64,000 bases of DNA from Octopus vulgaris (Eukaryota), in NCBI GenBank assembly GCA_951406725.2, contig OX597814.1:183768001-183832000 (forward strand), given 5' to 3'. Made by a program: the position numbers and the translations under genes. Each line of letters starts with the position of its first letter. Position 1 is the first letter of the stretch. The notes under the pieces are model-generated. The model was not told the DNA's origin. It was given only the letters and a program-made list of their open reading frames with translations, and searched no databases. This document shows, in pieces, positions 52,101 to 64,000 of this stretch.

Positions 52101-52248
52101 TCAATGAGGGCGCTCTCAACGAGGAAGACGCTGATTGTATAAACGCGTCTTAAAAGTGGTGAAGGTTATAAAACTGAAGCGAATAGGTCCTCGTGCAAAC
52201 CAAAATTTCATTCAATAAAAAATGAAAGCAAGAAGGGAAACTACGAGG

Positions 52249-52305
<57 letters not shown>

Positions 52306-52386
52306 ACAAAGAGGGAAGAGATACGGAGGGAGAGGGAGAAAGAGAGAAAGAGTGAAAGAGAGAGAGAGAGAAAGATATAGAGAGAA

Positions 52387-52431
<45 letters not shown>

Positions 52432-53163
52432 GAAAAACAAACAAGAACTCTGAATGTCGATGTCTGTACGCTCGTTGAATTTGTTATTTGCTTCCTTTAA
52501 CTAAATATCTGAGGATTTTACTCATATTAAAGTGTTAATTCTTAGTAGCTTTTTATTTTCTCGCTTTATTTTAAATTCGGTTGAAGGTACCTTAAAATTA
52601 TTTCAGTATTAGTTCACTTTAAATTCGATTACTGTAAATGTCTAAATGTCTGAAAGTTACTAATGAGATTATAAATTTTCCGATATTTTATCTTTTTTTT
52701 TATGTATACTATCTGAAACTATTTTTCTCTATCAGTATTTACGTCTATGTAAGGTTTGAATTAGTTTGATCACTAAGCGACATCAGGTGACATGTTATTG
52801 TTACTACGTACACATCCCCGAAATAAACACATCGATATGTAGCAGAAATTTCATGTGGAAAAAACATGATGTTAACGAAGCAAAAGTAATAACTGCTTTA
52901 AAATGAATTCATACTTGGAAATTTTCCATCGGGTTCTGCAAAAATGTGAATGGCAATAAATTTTATTCGTTCGTTCAAACACACACGCACACAAATATAT
53001 ACCTATGTATGTATGTATGTATGTATGTATGTATGTATGTATGTATGTATGTATGTATGTATGTATGTATGTATGTATGTATGTATGTATGTATGTATGT
53101 ATAAATGCATGTACGTATATATATATATATACATGTATGTATGTATGTATGTATGTATGTATG

Positions 53164-53199
<36 letters not shown>

Positions 53200-53224
53200 A
53201 CATATCTGTAAATAAACCTCAAAT

Positions 53225-54095
53225 CCCGAGGAAAAGGAAGGTCTGTTGAAGATTTGGAAAGACCTCAAAGAAAAGCACAGCGGCCTCAGCAGGACAGAAT
53301 ATTTAAAGAAAAGAAGATTTAAACGGAATAAAGAGCAGAACCGGTTCTTCAGTGAGCCATTCAAATACGCTAGGAGCTTCTTTGATCAATTCCAGTTATG
53401 TGTACTGGAAAGAGTTTCCAGTCGAGAAAGAGTTTCTTGAAGCTCACCCGAGGAAGACGTATTCCGACCCTAAATGACAACAAACAAGTGACCATAATTT
53501 GGTGTGGCCAAGTCGTCATGGGGTGGAATTCAACAAGCCTCCAACATGTGCTGAAGTCAGGAAAGTTGTCAATAAAGCAAGGAACAAGTCATCTCCAGGA
53601 CGAATGGCGTGCCATGTCTCTTGTATAAGAAATGCCCAAAGGTTCTGAAATGGTTGTATAAAAGATTAGCACTGGGTTGGAAGAATAAGATGGTTCTTAG
53701 TCAATGGATGAAGGTAGATGAAAGCAGATGAACAAGACTCAAAAGGAATCTACCATTTCCGACCAATTTCACTACTGAATTTCGAAGGGATGATATTCTT
53801 CTCGATAATGGCTCTCAGACTGACCAATTATCTGCTCCATAACGGCTATGTAGACACAACTGTTCAGAAGGTTGGTGTACCAGGGAGAGCTGGATCCTTT
53901 GAATATGGAAGCATGATCTGGAAAGCTATTCAGGTGGCAAGGGAGAACTATACTGACCTTGATGTAGTCTGGTTAGTTCTAGCAAACGCATATCGCTATG
54001 TGCCTCATCAGATGGTTCAACAAGCACTCTAGATGTATCATGTACCAGGAGCAATACGCAAAATGCTTCTCGGGGTTTCAGATGCGGTTCAGTAC
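53225..54095 (+). mobile_element. HERO/NeSL-like (R2 group) non-LTR RT fragment
   Basis: KARNKSSPG, LYKKCP, FRPISLLNFEGMIFFS..RLTNYLLHNGYVDTTVQKVGVPG..IW..LDVVWLVLANAY..VPH; frameshifts and stops. Confidence 0.85.
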
Positions 54096-54111
54096 CAAGA
54101 GATAGGGTTTG

Positions 54112-55065
54112 GTCCGTATAGCATTTGCAAGGGAGATCATCCCACCCATCTCTAGCCTTATGCGATACTCACAGACTTAAGTTTCCGGTTGTTATCTGCC
54201 CTCAGTGTGAAACAACCACAAGTTGTGACGAAAGTACTCTCCACTAACTTGTGGTTGTCTCACACTGCGGACGAATAACATCCAGAAACCTAAGTTTGTG
54301 AGTATCGTGTAAGGCTAGAGGTGGGAGCGATGACCTCCCTTGCAAATACTATACGGACACAAACTGTGTGTCGATAGCCAGCCGGAAAAAAAGTTTTCTT
54401 GGTGCTAAAACAACAGTAGCATCGTCCTTTATAGGACTGCTACATTCTGTTGGCATATAAACATTACTATCCGGTACTGTTACTGCGTGTCTCTTTCTCA
54501 GAGATTTAAAACAAATTGTTTTTCTTTACACGAGATCAGTGTCTGCGTATCACTTAAAATATATATAGTATTTACAAGTGGTGAGAGCTTTCGTCGCTAG
54601 TTTGTGGTTGTCTCACACTGAAGACGAATAACATCTAGAAACCTAGGTCTGTGAGTATCAATTAAGGCTTATTTTCATATTTTCCAGTTGGCCGATCGCT
54701 TGACTGTTCAGCAGCGAGCTGAGACAATAGCTCGCTATGAAGTGTGGAATTCTAGTGTGAGACAGTTACAAATCATTGGAGAAAGCGTTCATCACTAGCT
54801 TGTGGTTGTCTCCCACTGAGGACGAATAACATCCCAAAACCTAGGTCTGTAGGTACAACGTAAGGCTAGAGATGGGAGCGACGACCTCCTTTGCAAATGT
54901 TATACGGACACAAACTGTGTGTCGATAGCCAGCTGGAAAAGATGTTTTCCTGGGGCTAAAACAACAGTAATATCGTCATTTACAGGACTGCCACATTCTG
55001 TTGGCATATAAACATTTCTGTCCTGTACTTCTACTGTATATCTCTCGCCCAGAAATTAAAAGCAA

Positions 55066-55070
<5 letters not shown>
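54112..55070 (+). mobile_element. Retrozyme/PLE-like array of HHR-containing ~353-bp units with an inverted leading copy
   Basis: HHR motifs at 54168-54211 (-), 54259-54302, 54612-54655, ~54810-54853; unit body repeated at 54300-54520 and 54860-55070. Confidence 0.8.
54612..54655 (+). ncRNA. Type I hammerhead ribozyme (best-preserved core in the array)
   Basis: CUCACA-CUGAAGA-[13 nt]-GAAA-CCUAGG-UC-UGUGAG: 6-bp helix I, GUC site, palindromic ACCUAGGU; helix II decayed. Confidence 0.75.
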
Positions 55071-55102
<32 letters not shown>

Positions 55103-55103
<1 letters not shown>

Positions 55104-55427
55104 CGCAGGAGTGGCTGTGTGGTAATTAGCTTGCTTACCAACCACATGGTAGACGGAAACTGAAAGAAGCCCGTCGTATATATGTATATGTATATATATA
55201 TATTTATATGTGTGTGTTTGTGTGTCTGTGTTTGTGCCTCCAACATCGCTTGACAACCGATGCTGGTGTGTTTACGTCCCCGTAACTTAGTCGTTCGGCA
55301 AAAGAGACCGATAGAATAAGTACTAGGCTTACAAAGAATAAGTCCTGGGGGTCTATTTGCTCGACTAAAGGCGGTGCTCCAGCATGGCCACAGTCAAATG
55401 ACCGAAACAAGTAAAAGAGTGAAAGAG
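55103..55427 (+). mobile_element. SINE-B with internal deletion
   Basis: Family consensus match. Confidence 0.9.
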
Positions 55428-55443
55428 CATATATTACATGCAT

Positions 55444-56930
55444 ACAGGGTGGGTGGAAAGTAACTAGGCACTAGAAATTACTTATAGAATTTTTAGTATA
55501 ACTCAATACATGAGAAAAATATTTTTTTAAACAAACAACACTAATGGGGATTTCTTATTTTCTTATTACCATATTTCTTATTTCTTATTTTCCAGATGGC
55601 GGGTGGCTTGACTGTTCAGGAGCGAGCTAAGCCAGTAGCACGTTATGCAGTGTAGAATTCAATTGTTTTGCATCAGAGATGGTGGCGTGCATGGAAAGGT
55701 AAGCATGCAAAACTACGTCTGGAGACAATGAACAGTTGTCATGCAAACAGTGGAGGCGCAATGGCCCAGTGGTTAGGGCAGCGGACTCGCGGTCATAGGA
55801 TCGCGGTTTCGATTCCCAGACCTGGCGTTGTGAGTGTTTATTGAGCGAAAACGCCTAAAGCTCCACGAGGCTCCGGCAGGGGATGGTGGTGATCCCTGCT
55901 GTACTCTTTCACCACAACTTTCTCTCACTCTTTCTTCCTGTTTCTGTTGTACCTGTATTTCAAATGGCCGGCCTTGTCACTCTCTGTGTCACGCTGAATA
56001 TCCCCGAGAACTACGTTAAGGGTACACGTGTCTGTGGAGTGCTCAACCACTTGCACGTTAATTTCACGTACGGTTTTGTAACTGCAGAATCGTCGTAACC
56101 GACGGAGTGCTTCCCTTTTCCCTGTCATGCAAACGGGCTCTATGATCACGGGCTCTATGAACGTTGCAAGAAGTGGCCGTCCAACTGAATCCCGATCAGC
56201 GGAGAACGTGGCAAAAGTGCAGGAGATGTTTAATCGCAGCTCGCAAAAAATCAACACGTCAAGCATCTCGTGAAAGTGAACTAACAAGTTAAGCAATACG
56301 TACGGTTTTGTAACCGCAGAATGGAATATGGAGAGTTAATGCTAGGTTGCCATGAAGATTAGCCTGAATAGTTTGAAGACATCCTGTGGAGTGACGAGGC
56401 TGTATTCTATGTTGGTGGTTTCATCAATCGTCATAACTGCCATTACTGGGCATCGTGTGATAAAATCCCTAAATAACAGATGAGAGGATGCAAGCTCGGC
56501 CAAAAGTTACTGTGTGATACCGAATGACGGCAACAAGAGTCGTAGGCACATATCTTCTGCGTGACACCATAAATACAGACCGCTATCTTCAGATGCTCGA
56601 AAGTTACGTGTGGTCTACTGTGTCTGGCTGAGATAACATTTGTGACCTGATATTCATGCAAGATGGTGCACCAACCCATTTTGAACTTACTGTGCATGCG
56701 TGGTTAGACCAACATTTTCCAGGACGTTGGACGGGATGATGCGGTCCTCATGAATGGTCTCCAAGAAGTTCAGATATCACTCCATGTGATTTTTACTTGC
56801 GGAGTTACACAAAAGAGGAGGTGTACAAGACAAAACCTCGCACACTGGAGGATTTAGAGACACGGCTTCAAGAGGTTCTCAATGATATCCCAGACGACAT
56901 CCTTCAGAAGGTTGTTCATTCCATCCCAGC
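55444..56930 (+). mobile_element. Decayed Tc1/mariner-superfamily DD41D (rosa/Visitor-like) transposon
   Basis: TA-CAGGGTG left end; [19 protein letters not shown]; FMQDGAPTH...WSPRSSDITPCDF with 41 residues between D2 and D3; stops; right TIR not seen. Confidence 0.9.
55750..56122 (+). mobile_element. SINE-C (tRNA-Arg-like, TCG loop) inserted in the transposase
   Basis: 12-bp TSD TGTCATGCAAAC at 55737 and 56123. Confidence 0.95.
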
Positions 56931-57007
56931 TTATTAATTTCACGAGCAAGCTGCTCCGTTGATTGGATCAACTGGAACCCTCGTCGTCGTAAACGACAGA
57001 GTGCCAC

Positions 57008-57079
<72 letters not shown>

Positions 57080-57214
57080 TATATAAAGTAAAAGAATCAA
57101 ATGAAGAGTAAGTACCGTTAGGCAGCTTTTAAATGGCTACAAATGTTTCGCTATATACAGATCCTCGTATATAAAGGATTTAGAGTTAAGTTTTTATTGA
57201 ATTATTTAACGATT

Positions 57215-57557
57215 TACCTTCTGCTACAGCCTCGGGCCGACCAAAGTCTTGTAAGTGGATTTGTTACACGGAAACGAAAGAAACCCGTCCTATATATATA
57301 TGTGTGTGTGTGTGCGCGTGTGTGTGTGCGCGTGTGTGTGTGTGCGTGTGTTTGTGTGTATGTGTGTATGTGTGTGTGTCTTTCTGTCTGTGTTTGTCTC
57401 CATCACCACTTCACAACCGGTGTTGATGTGATTATATCTTAGAGGTTCGGCAAAAGAAGCTGATAGAATAAGTACTGGCTAAACAAAAGTCTTGGGGTCG
57501 ATGTGTTCGACTAAAAGTCTTCAAGACGGTGTTCCAGCATGACCGCAGTCAAATGAC
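57215..57557 (+). mobile_element. SINE-B, 5'-truncated
   Basis: Family consensus match. Confidence 0.85.
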
Positions 57558-58011
57558 CACAGGAGGTCTGGGCCCCGTTTGAACAAAATATTACAAATTT
57601 TTCAGACATTGTTCCTCCCCCATATCATCTAGCTCTGCTGCGTTCGTTAAATGGGTCGCCCAGCTGGAACGCAGCATTCATCTTGAATGTTCTCACGTTC
57701 TCAGGTGCACTCTAAGGACTTCATATTTCTCAAATGTACAAAGCTGCTGGCGAAACAAGATTGTTCAGATGTTTCAGCCTGATGTTTTTACTGAGGGGGA
57801 ATAATTTTACGTTATGCTAACGGATAACAAGTCTGCTTTTGCTCTAATTTTCTAGCTGCTTTACCATCTGAAAGTGGTAATGACCGACGCATTGATATCA
57901 TATTGTAAGCTGCTGTGGTACCCTGGCGATTGCTTGGTATTTTCGTGGTGATTTTTTTCCGTAAAACAAAGCCAGAGACTGGTCGAAATTTATTATTCTC
58001 TCTAGAACATA

Positions 58012-58176
58012 AGCGCAGGAATGGCTGTGTGGTAAGTAGCTTGCTTACCTACCACATGGTTCCGAGTTCATTCTCACTGCGTGGCACCTTGGCCAAGTGT
58101 CTTCTACTATATCCTCGGGCCGACCAAAGCCTTGTGAGTGGATTTGGTAGATGGAAACCGAAAGAAGCCTGTCGTA

Positions 58177-58207
<31 letters not shown>

Positions 58208-58420
58208 TTGCGTGTCTTCATTTGTCCCCCCCACCAACATCGTTTGACAACCGATGGTGGTGTGTTTACGTACCCGTTATCTTGCAGCTCGGCAAAAGAG
58301 ACCGATAGAATAAGTACTAGGCTTACAAAGAATAAGTCTTGGGGTCGATTTGTTCGATTAAAGGCGGTGCATCAGCATGGCCGCAGTCAAATGACTGAAA
58401 CAAGTAAAAGAGTAAAAGAG
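58012..58420 (+). mobile_element. SINE-B full-length
   Basis: Family consensus match. Confidence 0.9.
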
Positions 58421-59005
58421 TATACGTAACCACAACGGCAGAGGTATATCACATTGAGTGGCAGCCATTCATCTCTGTTGGGTAACCTTTCTATTAAACG
58501 AATCTGTAATAGAGACACATTCGCTATTCAGTGATTTGTAGTGCACCTGAGCACTGTATACAATAATTTCATCATTATTATTATTAAGCTTTCTGTAGAA
58601 GATGAAAACAGAATTTATATACAAATGTTCATGTACATATGTTTAGGTGTGCATATGCAGATTTTAAGCACATATGCATATGCAATATACTCGTCTCCTT
58701 ATAAATATATGATTATGTATATGTGTGTGTGAAGTTTATGTACAACTTTATATACATGCATATACCATATATGTATGTATATACATACGGACATGAATAT
58801 ATATACATATACGTAAATATGCATATACATATATACATCCGTATACACACACATATATACACACATATATATATATATATATATGTGTGTATTTATATAT
58901 ATATATAATATATATGCGTATATATATATATATATATATACATATATCTAAATATTTATATGCATATATTTATATATATATAAATATATGTATATATATT
59001 ATATA

Positions 59006-59065
<60 letters not shown>

Positions 59066-59119
59066 TCTAAATATTTATATGCATATATATTTATATATAT
59101 ATGTATATGTATGTGTATA

Positions 59120-59151
<32 letters not shown>

Positions 59152-60017
59152 CAACTATAGATATGTACATGTATCATAATTATACATACACACTTACATG
59201 AGTATAAATATGGACAGGCATACCTATGCACACGCACAGATATATATATATATAAATATGAATAAGTAAACGCACACACACATATGTGTGTGTGTGTGTG
59301 TGAGTACACACAAATGCATATATACACACATACATACATATATATATATACAAAAACGTGCGTATAGAGTTGTATATTCATATACACACAGACACACAGA
59401 CATACACACACACGCACATATGTCTGCTTGTCTGTGTGTGTATGTTCGTTTGTATATGTAAATGTTTAAGCTCCTGTACTCGCATGTGACTCTATGCGAC
59501 TGCTTTTCCTTGCTCAAGGCAAAAATGTTATTCGTACTCTGGGGAGCCATTTTTCAAACTGGTAAATTTTCAAATTATCTTAATACACCGATAGAATCCC
59601 CGAGGGTCGAGTTTACGTGAAAAATCTACGTTGCTGGCCTGCTTTAGCGGATAAACTACGTGGTCACCTATGGGATACAAACAAACATCAGCAAAAATCT
59701 GAAATACCGCTCGCTGTTTTCACATCTCCCAATTCTCTTATTTAACGCTTAACTGTACTATTTTCTCAAACATATGGACGCATTGAGATAACAGAGTTAT
59801 TTTCTACGATGCATAATACTAAGCATGCACAATGCACACACACACACACGCACACATACGTAAACTCACAAACACACACACACACACACATACACACACA
59901 GACACGCACGCACATACGTACGCGTTTGTCTGTGTGTATGATTGTATATATGTTTGTATATATGTCTATGCAAGTGTGTGTATACCAAAGTTTTCTGAGT
60001 GTGTATCATGAAAACAC

Positions 60018-60081
<64 letters not shown>

Positions 60082-60544
60082 TGACACTCACACACAAACA
60101 CACACACACATACTCACACACATTCACACACACACACACACTTTGTACCGAGAAATTTTGTACGCATGAAATTATACAAGTCAACAATGCAGTTGTGTTA
60201 TCTGTATGGTAAATATTAAGTACAAATACACTTGCACACGCATACGCACACATACACATACACCCACGCAAACACACATACACACGAACACATATACGAA
60301 CACACATACGCACAAACATAGGAACATTATATATGGATAGATTATATGTTCGTTTGCGTGTGATTGTCATGAATTTTAAATATGAAATATACTTTTTATC
60401 ACTGTTGACATAGCCGTAACACATATATGCACATACAAATACGTGCATATAAGTATGAATATATCCATATACATATGAATACATACATATATATTATTTT
60501 CTACTGTTAGGCACAATGTCCAAAAGTTTGAGGGAGGGAACCAG

Positions 60545-60702
60545 TTGGTGAGATCGACCCCAGTATGTAACTGGTACTTAATTTATCGACCCCGAAAGGC
60601 TGAAAGGTAAAGTCGACCTCAGCGGAATTTGAACTCAGAACCTAGACGAAATACCGCAAAGCATTTTGCCCGGCGTGCTAACGTTTCTGCCAGCTCGCCA
60701 CC

Positions 60703-60703
<1 letters not shown>
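60545..60703 (-). mobile_element. SINE-A partial
   Basis: Family consensus match. Confidence 0.85.
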
Positions 60704-60733
<30 letters not shown>

Positions 60734-60797
60734 CATACATACATACATACATACATACATACATAAATACATACATGCATACATATATATATATATA

Positions 60798-61010
60798 TAC
60801 TCTTTTACTCTTTTACTCTTTTATTTGTTTCAGTCATTTGACTGCGGCCATGCTAGCACCGCCTTTTAGTCGAGCAAATCGACCCCGGGACTTATTCTTT
60901 GTAAGCCCAGTACTTATTTTATCGGTTTCTTTTGCCGAACCGCTAATAACGGGACGTAAACACACCAGCATCGGTTATACAATGCAGGGGGACAAACACA
61001 GACACACATA
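60798..61010 (-). mobile_element. SINE-B 3' half
   Basis: Family consensus match. Confidence 0.85.
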
Positions 61011-61027
61011 CATGCATACATACATGT

Positions 61028-61079
<52 letters not shown>

Positions 61080-61085
61080 TTAGAT

Positions 61086-61115
<30 letters not shown>

Positions 61116-61121
<6 letters not shown>

Positions 61122-61320
61122 ATCTAAACATGAAGACACAAAGAGAACATACAACAACGCGTGGACGTGGAACAAGTATAGTGTTATTGGACGCTCAAGA
61201 AAGGAAAGAAAGAAGGAGGATTTAACGTTTCGAGTGGAGCTCTTCGTCAGAAAAATAGGAAAAGGAAAGATCCAAGTAAGGGAAGACGGAGGAAAAAATC
61301 ACCAACAATACACACTCGGT
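61116..61320 (-). mobile_element. HHR-bearing repeat family H1 copy 4
   Basis: Reverse strand TTT-CTGACGA-A-GAGC-TCC-ACTC-GAAACGTT-AAA at 61221-61253. Confidence 0.75.
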
Positions 61321-61439
61321 CTCACACACACACAAACACACACACACACACACACACGCACACACACACAAACATATATATATATTATATATACATAAAT
61401 GTATTTCTGGCCCAATTTCCGTTATCACAGTTATTATCC

Positions 61440-61930
61440 AATCCTCACTCCAGTAACCAGGGGCCTTTGAGCACATATTTGTCCGAGCAAGAACGTCCAT
61501 GAAAAAGCTTATTAACAGCTGGAGCAGCTTAAGTTGAAAAGAAAGCTAGTGCGAGCGCTCTGGTTGCAAAGCATGGACACGGGACAAATTTGAAAAGAAT
61601 ACACACAGAACGCTTGAAATGTGGGTGCATAAGGGAAAGCTACGAGTGTTATACATAGACCATTGGACAAATGAATGGGCGAAAGACAAATAGGTGAGAG
61701 ACAACTCCTGAATATTGTAAAAAAAAAAAAAATAAAGCTCATCTATTGTGGACATATTCGAAGAAAAAGACATCTGGAAAGCATTGTCGTGTAAGGAAAA
61801 GTAAAGAGTTGTAGAGTAAGTGGTTGGCAAAGAACACAATGGAAAATATATAAGGAGCTGGTTGGACAATAGAGCTAAGGTAGCTGGAGAACTGGCGCTT
61901 AAACAGGAAGGCTTTCGTTATAGTGGCATC
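61440..61930 (+). mobile_element. Old RTE-type LINE 3' remnant
   Basis: LEMWVH..., KLIYCGHIRRKRHLESIVV*GKVKSCRVSGWQRTQW. Confidence 0.7.
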
Positions 61931-62380
61931 AATTCGGTGTAGGTGTACGATACATTGCAACGACAACGAATTCGCATAATTATAGGACAACTAAATAAAA
62001 GAAATATAACATGCCAGAGGTATGGGCAAATGCAAGTATAGCAACTTTTATACATTAATACATCTTAGGGTAATTAAAATTAAATCCGTCTGTAGATGGT
62101 GGCATCATAATTGGCAAATAGCAATTAAGACCGGGTCCGCTTGAGAAGGGGAGATAATCTGAAGAATCAAGAAATTCCGAAAATTGACAGGCCATCATGG
62201 GAAAAGGACAGGCATGTTGTCTGGAATTGCCGCGTATGTATATATATATGTTTGTATGCGTGCGTGTGTGTGTATGTGTGTGTGTTTGTGTGTGTGTGTA
62301 TATATATATATATATACGCACTATTTCTCCATAAATCATCGGGGGAAAATCGAGCCAAGTGCATACACAGATCAGTCTCA

Positions 62381-62452
<72 letters not shown>

Positions 62453-62681
62453 CACACAGACACAATCCCACTAATACACACAGAGACACGCACACACGCA
62501 CACGCACATATACACACATACACCTACGCGCAAAGTCAGCACCTGCAATGTCACACAAACGTACGCGCGCGTACGCACATGCGTAGATACAGAGAGATTG
62601 ATTGGAGGAAATAGAAGTAGAGATAATGAAAGGAAAGCAGAAATAGAGGAAGTGAGAAGGAGAGAGAAGGAGAAAGGGTGG

Positions 62682-62787
62682 GAGAAGGTGAAGGAGAGAG
62701 AAGGTGAAGGAGAGAGAAGGTGAAGGAGAGAGAAGGTGAAGGAGAGAGAAGGTGAAGGAGAGAGAAGGTGAAGGAGAGAGAAGGAGA
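62682..62787. repeat. 16-bp minisatellite (GAAGGTGAAGGAGAGA) x ~6
   Basis: Seen directly. Confidence 0.9.
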
Positions 62788-62817
62788 GTGAGAAACAAAG
62801 ATAAATAGATAGATACT

Positions 62818-62870
<53 letters not shown>

Positions 62871-62970
62871 GGATAGATAGATAGATAGATAGATAGATAC
62901 ATAGATAGGTAGATGGATAGATAGATAGATTGATAGATAGATGGATATGTATATATATATAGAGAGAGAG

Positions 62971-63059
<89 letters not shown>

Positions 63060-63391
63060 TAAGGATAGATGGATAGATATTAGCATCTGTCAGTGGATAT
63101 TGAGAGTTTTCTATAGTCACGCAAAGAAGCCATTTGGGGTTTGTTGAGACTCTGATGATTAATCTTTACACAGGTCAGTTGCTTTCCACAAATCATTTTA
63201 TTTATCCACTATTAACTTTATTATATATTTCTTGTTGTTCTGTTTCTCATGTTAGCTATTTCTCTTTGGAATTGCTCCGCAAAATTTGCATCATGTTGGT
63301 AGAAGTACAAACGTTACATATCCATAAATCGAACGGTTCTTGTTTAAAGTATGGTAGTATGTACATCAACGTGGTTGTGTTTTGACAGTCC

Positions 63392-63625
63392 TACTCTTTT
63401 ACTTTTACTCTTTTACTTGTTTCAGTCATTTGACTGAGGCCATGCTGGAGCACCACCTTTTAGTCGAGTAAATATCAACCCCCCCAGGACTTATTCTTTG
63501 TTAGCCTAGTACTTATTCTATCGATCACTTTTGCCGAACCGCTAAGTTAAGGGGACATAAGCACACCAGCATCGGTTGTCAAGCGATGTTGAGGGGGACA
63601 AACACAGACACACAAACATATACAC

Positions 63626-63683
<58 letters not shown>

Positions 63684-63847
63684 GACGGGCTTCTTTTCAG
63701 TTTCCGTCTACCAAATCCATTCACAAGGCTCTGGTCGGCCCGAGGCTATAGTAGAAGACACTTGCCCAAGGTAACACTCAGTGGGACTGAACCCGGAACC
63801 ATGTGGTTGGTAAGCAAGCTACTTACCACACAGCCACTCCTACGCCT
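63392..63847 (-). mobile_element. SINE-B full-length
   Basis: Family consensus match. Confidence 0.92.
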
Positions 63848-64000
63848 ATGTTAATTTTTTTTATAAAATCAGAGTTCAAATCTTGACGAGGTTTGATTTT
63901 ATTTAAGATCCCTAGTCTGTTTCATTAATGTCAGTAACATGCTGCGAGAAAGATGGTCACACAGTGAGTAAAGCTTACGATTGATTTTAGATTTGATTTG

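Noticed and set aside
55750-55830. tRNA genes at SINE heads (also 17806, 18055, 22820, 58012)
   Set aside because: A/B boxes are present but acceptor stems are imperfect and each head continues into a repeated SINE body

Overview
AT-rich, microsatellite-saturated eukaryotic non-coding DNA. The repeat families look cephalopod (Octopus-like); this is an inference from recall, not a database match. I found no intact protein-coding gene: nearly all listed ORFs are microsatellite artefacts. The window holds tRNA-derived SINEs (several families, many with target-site duplications (TSDs) and some multimeric), decayed LINEs (RTE, Tx1/L1, HERO and other restriction-like-endonuclease (RLE) types), Penelope-like element (PLE) remnants, non-autonomous Helitrons, a MITE, and mariner DD34D and DD41D transposase fossils. 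The most notable signal is a set of minimal type I hammerhead ribozyme (HHR) motifs in at least five unrelated repeat families. These include a retrozyme-like ~353-bp array with an inverted leading copy (54.1-55.1 kb) and a tRNA-headed element carrying an HHR core (29.7-30.0 kb). Several long fold-back palindromes also sit in (TA)n tracts. SINE family labels A-E are my own, and coordinates of decayed elements are approximate.
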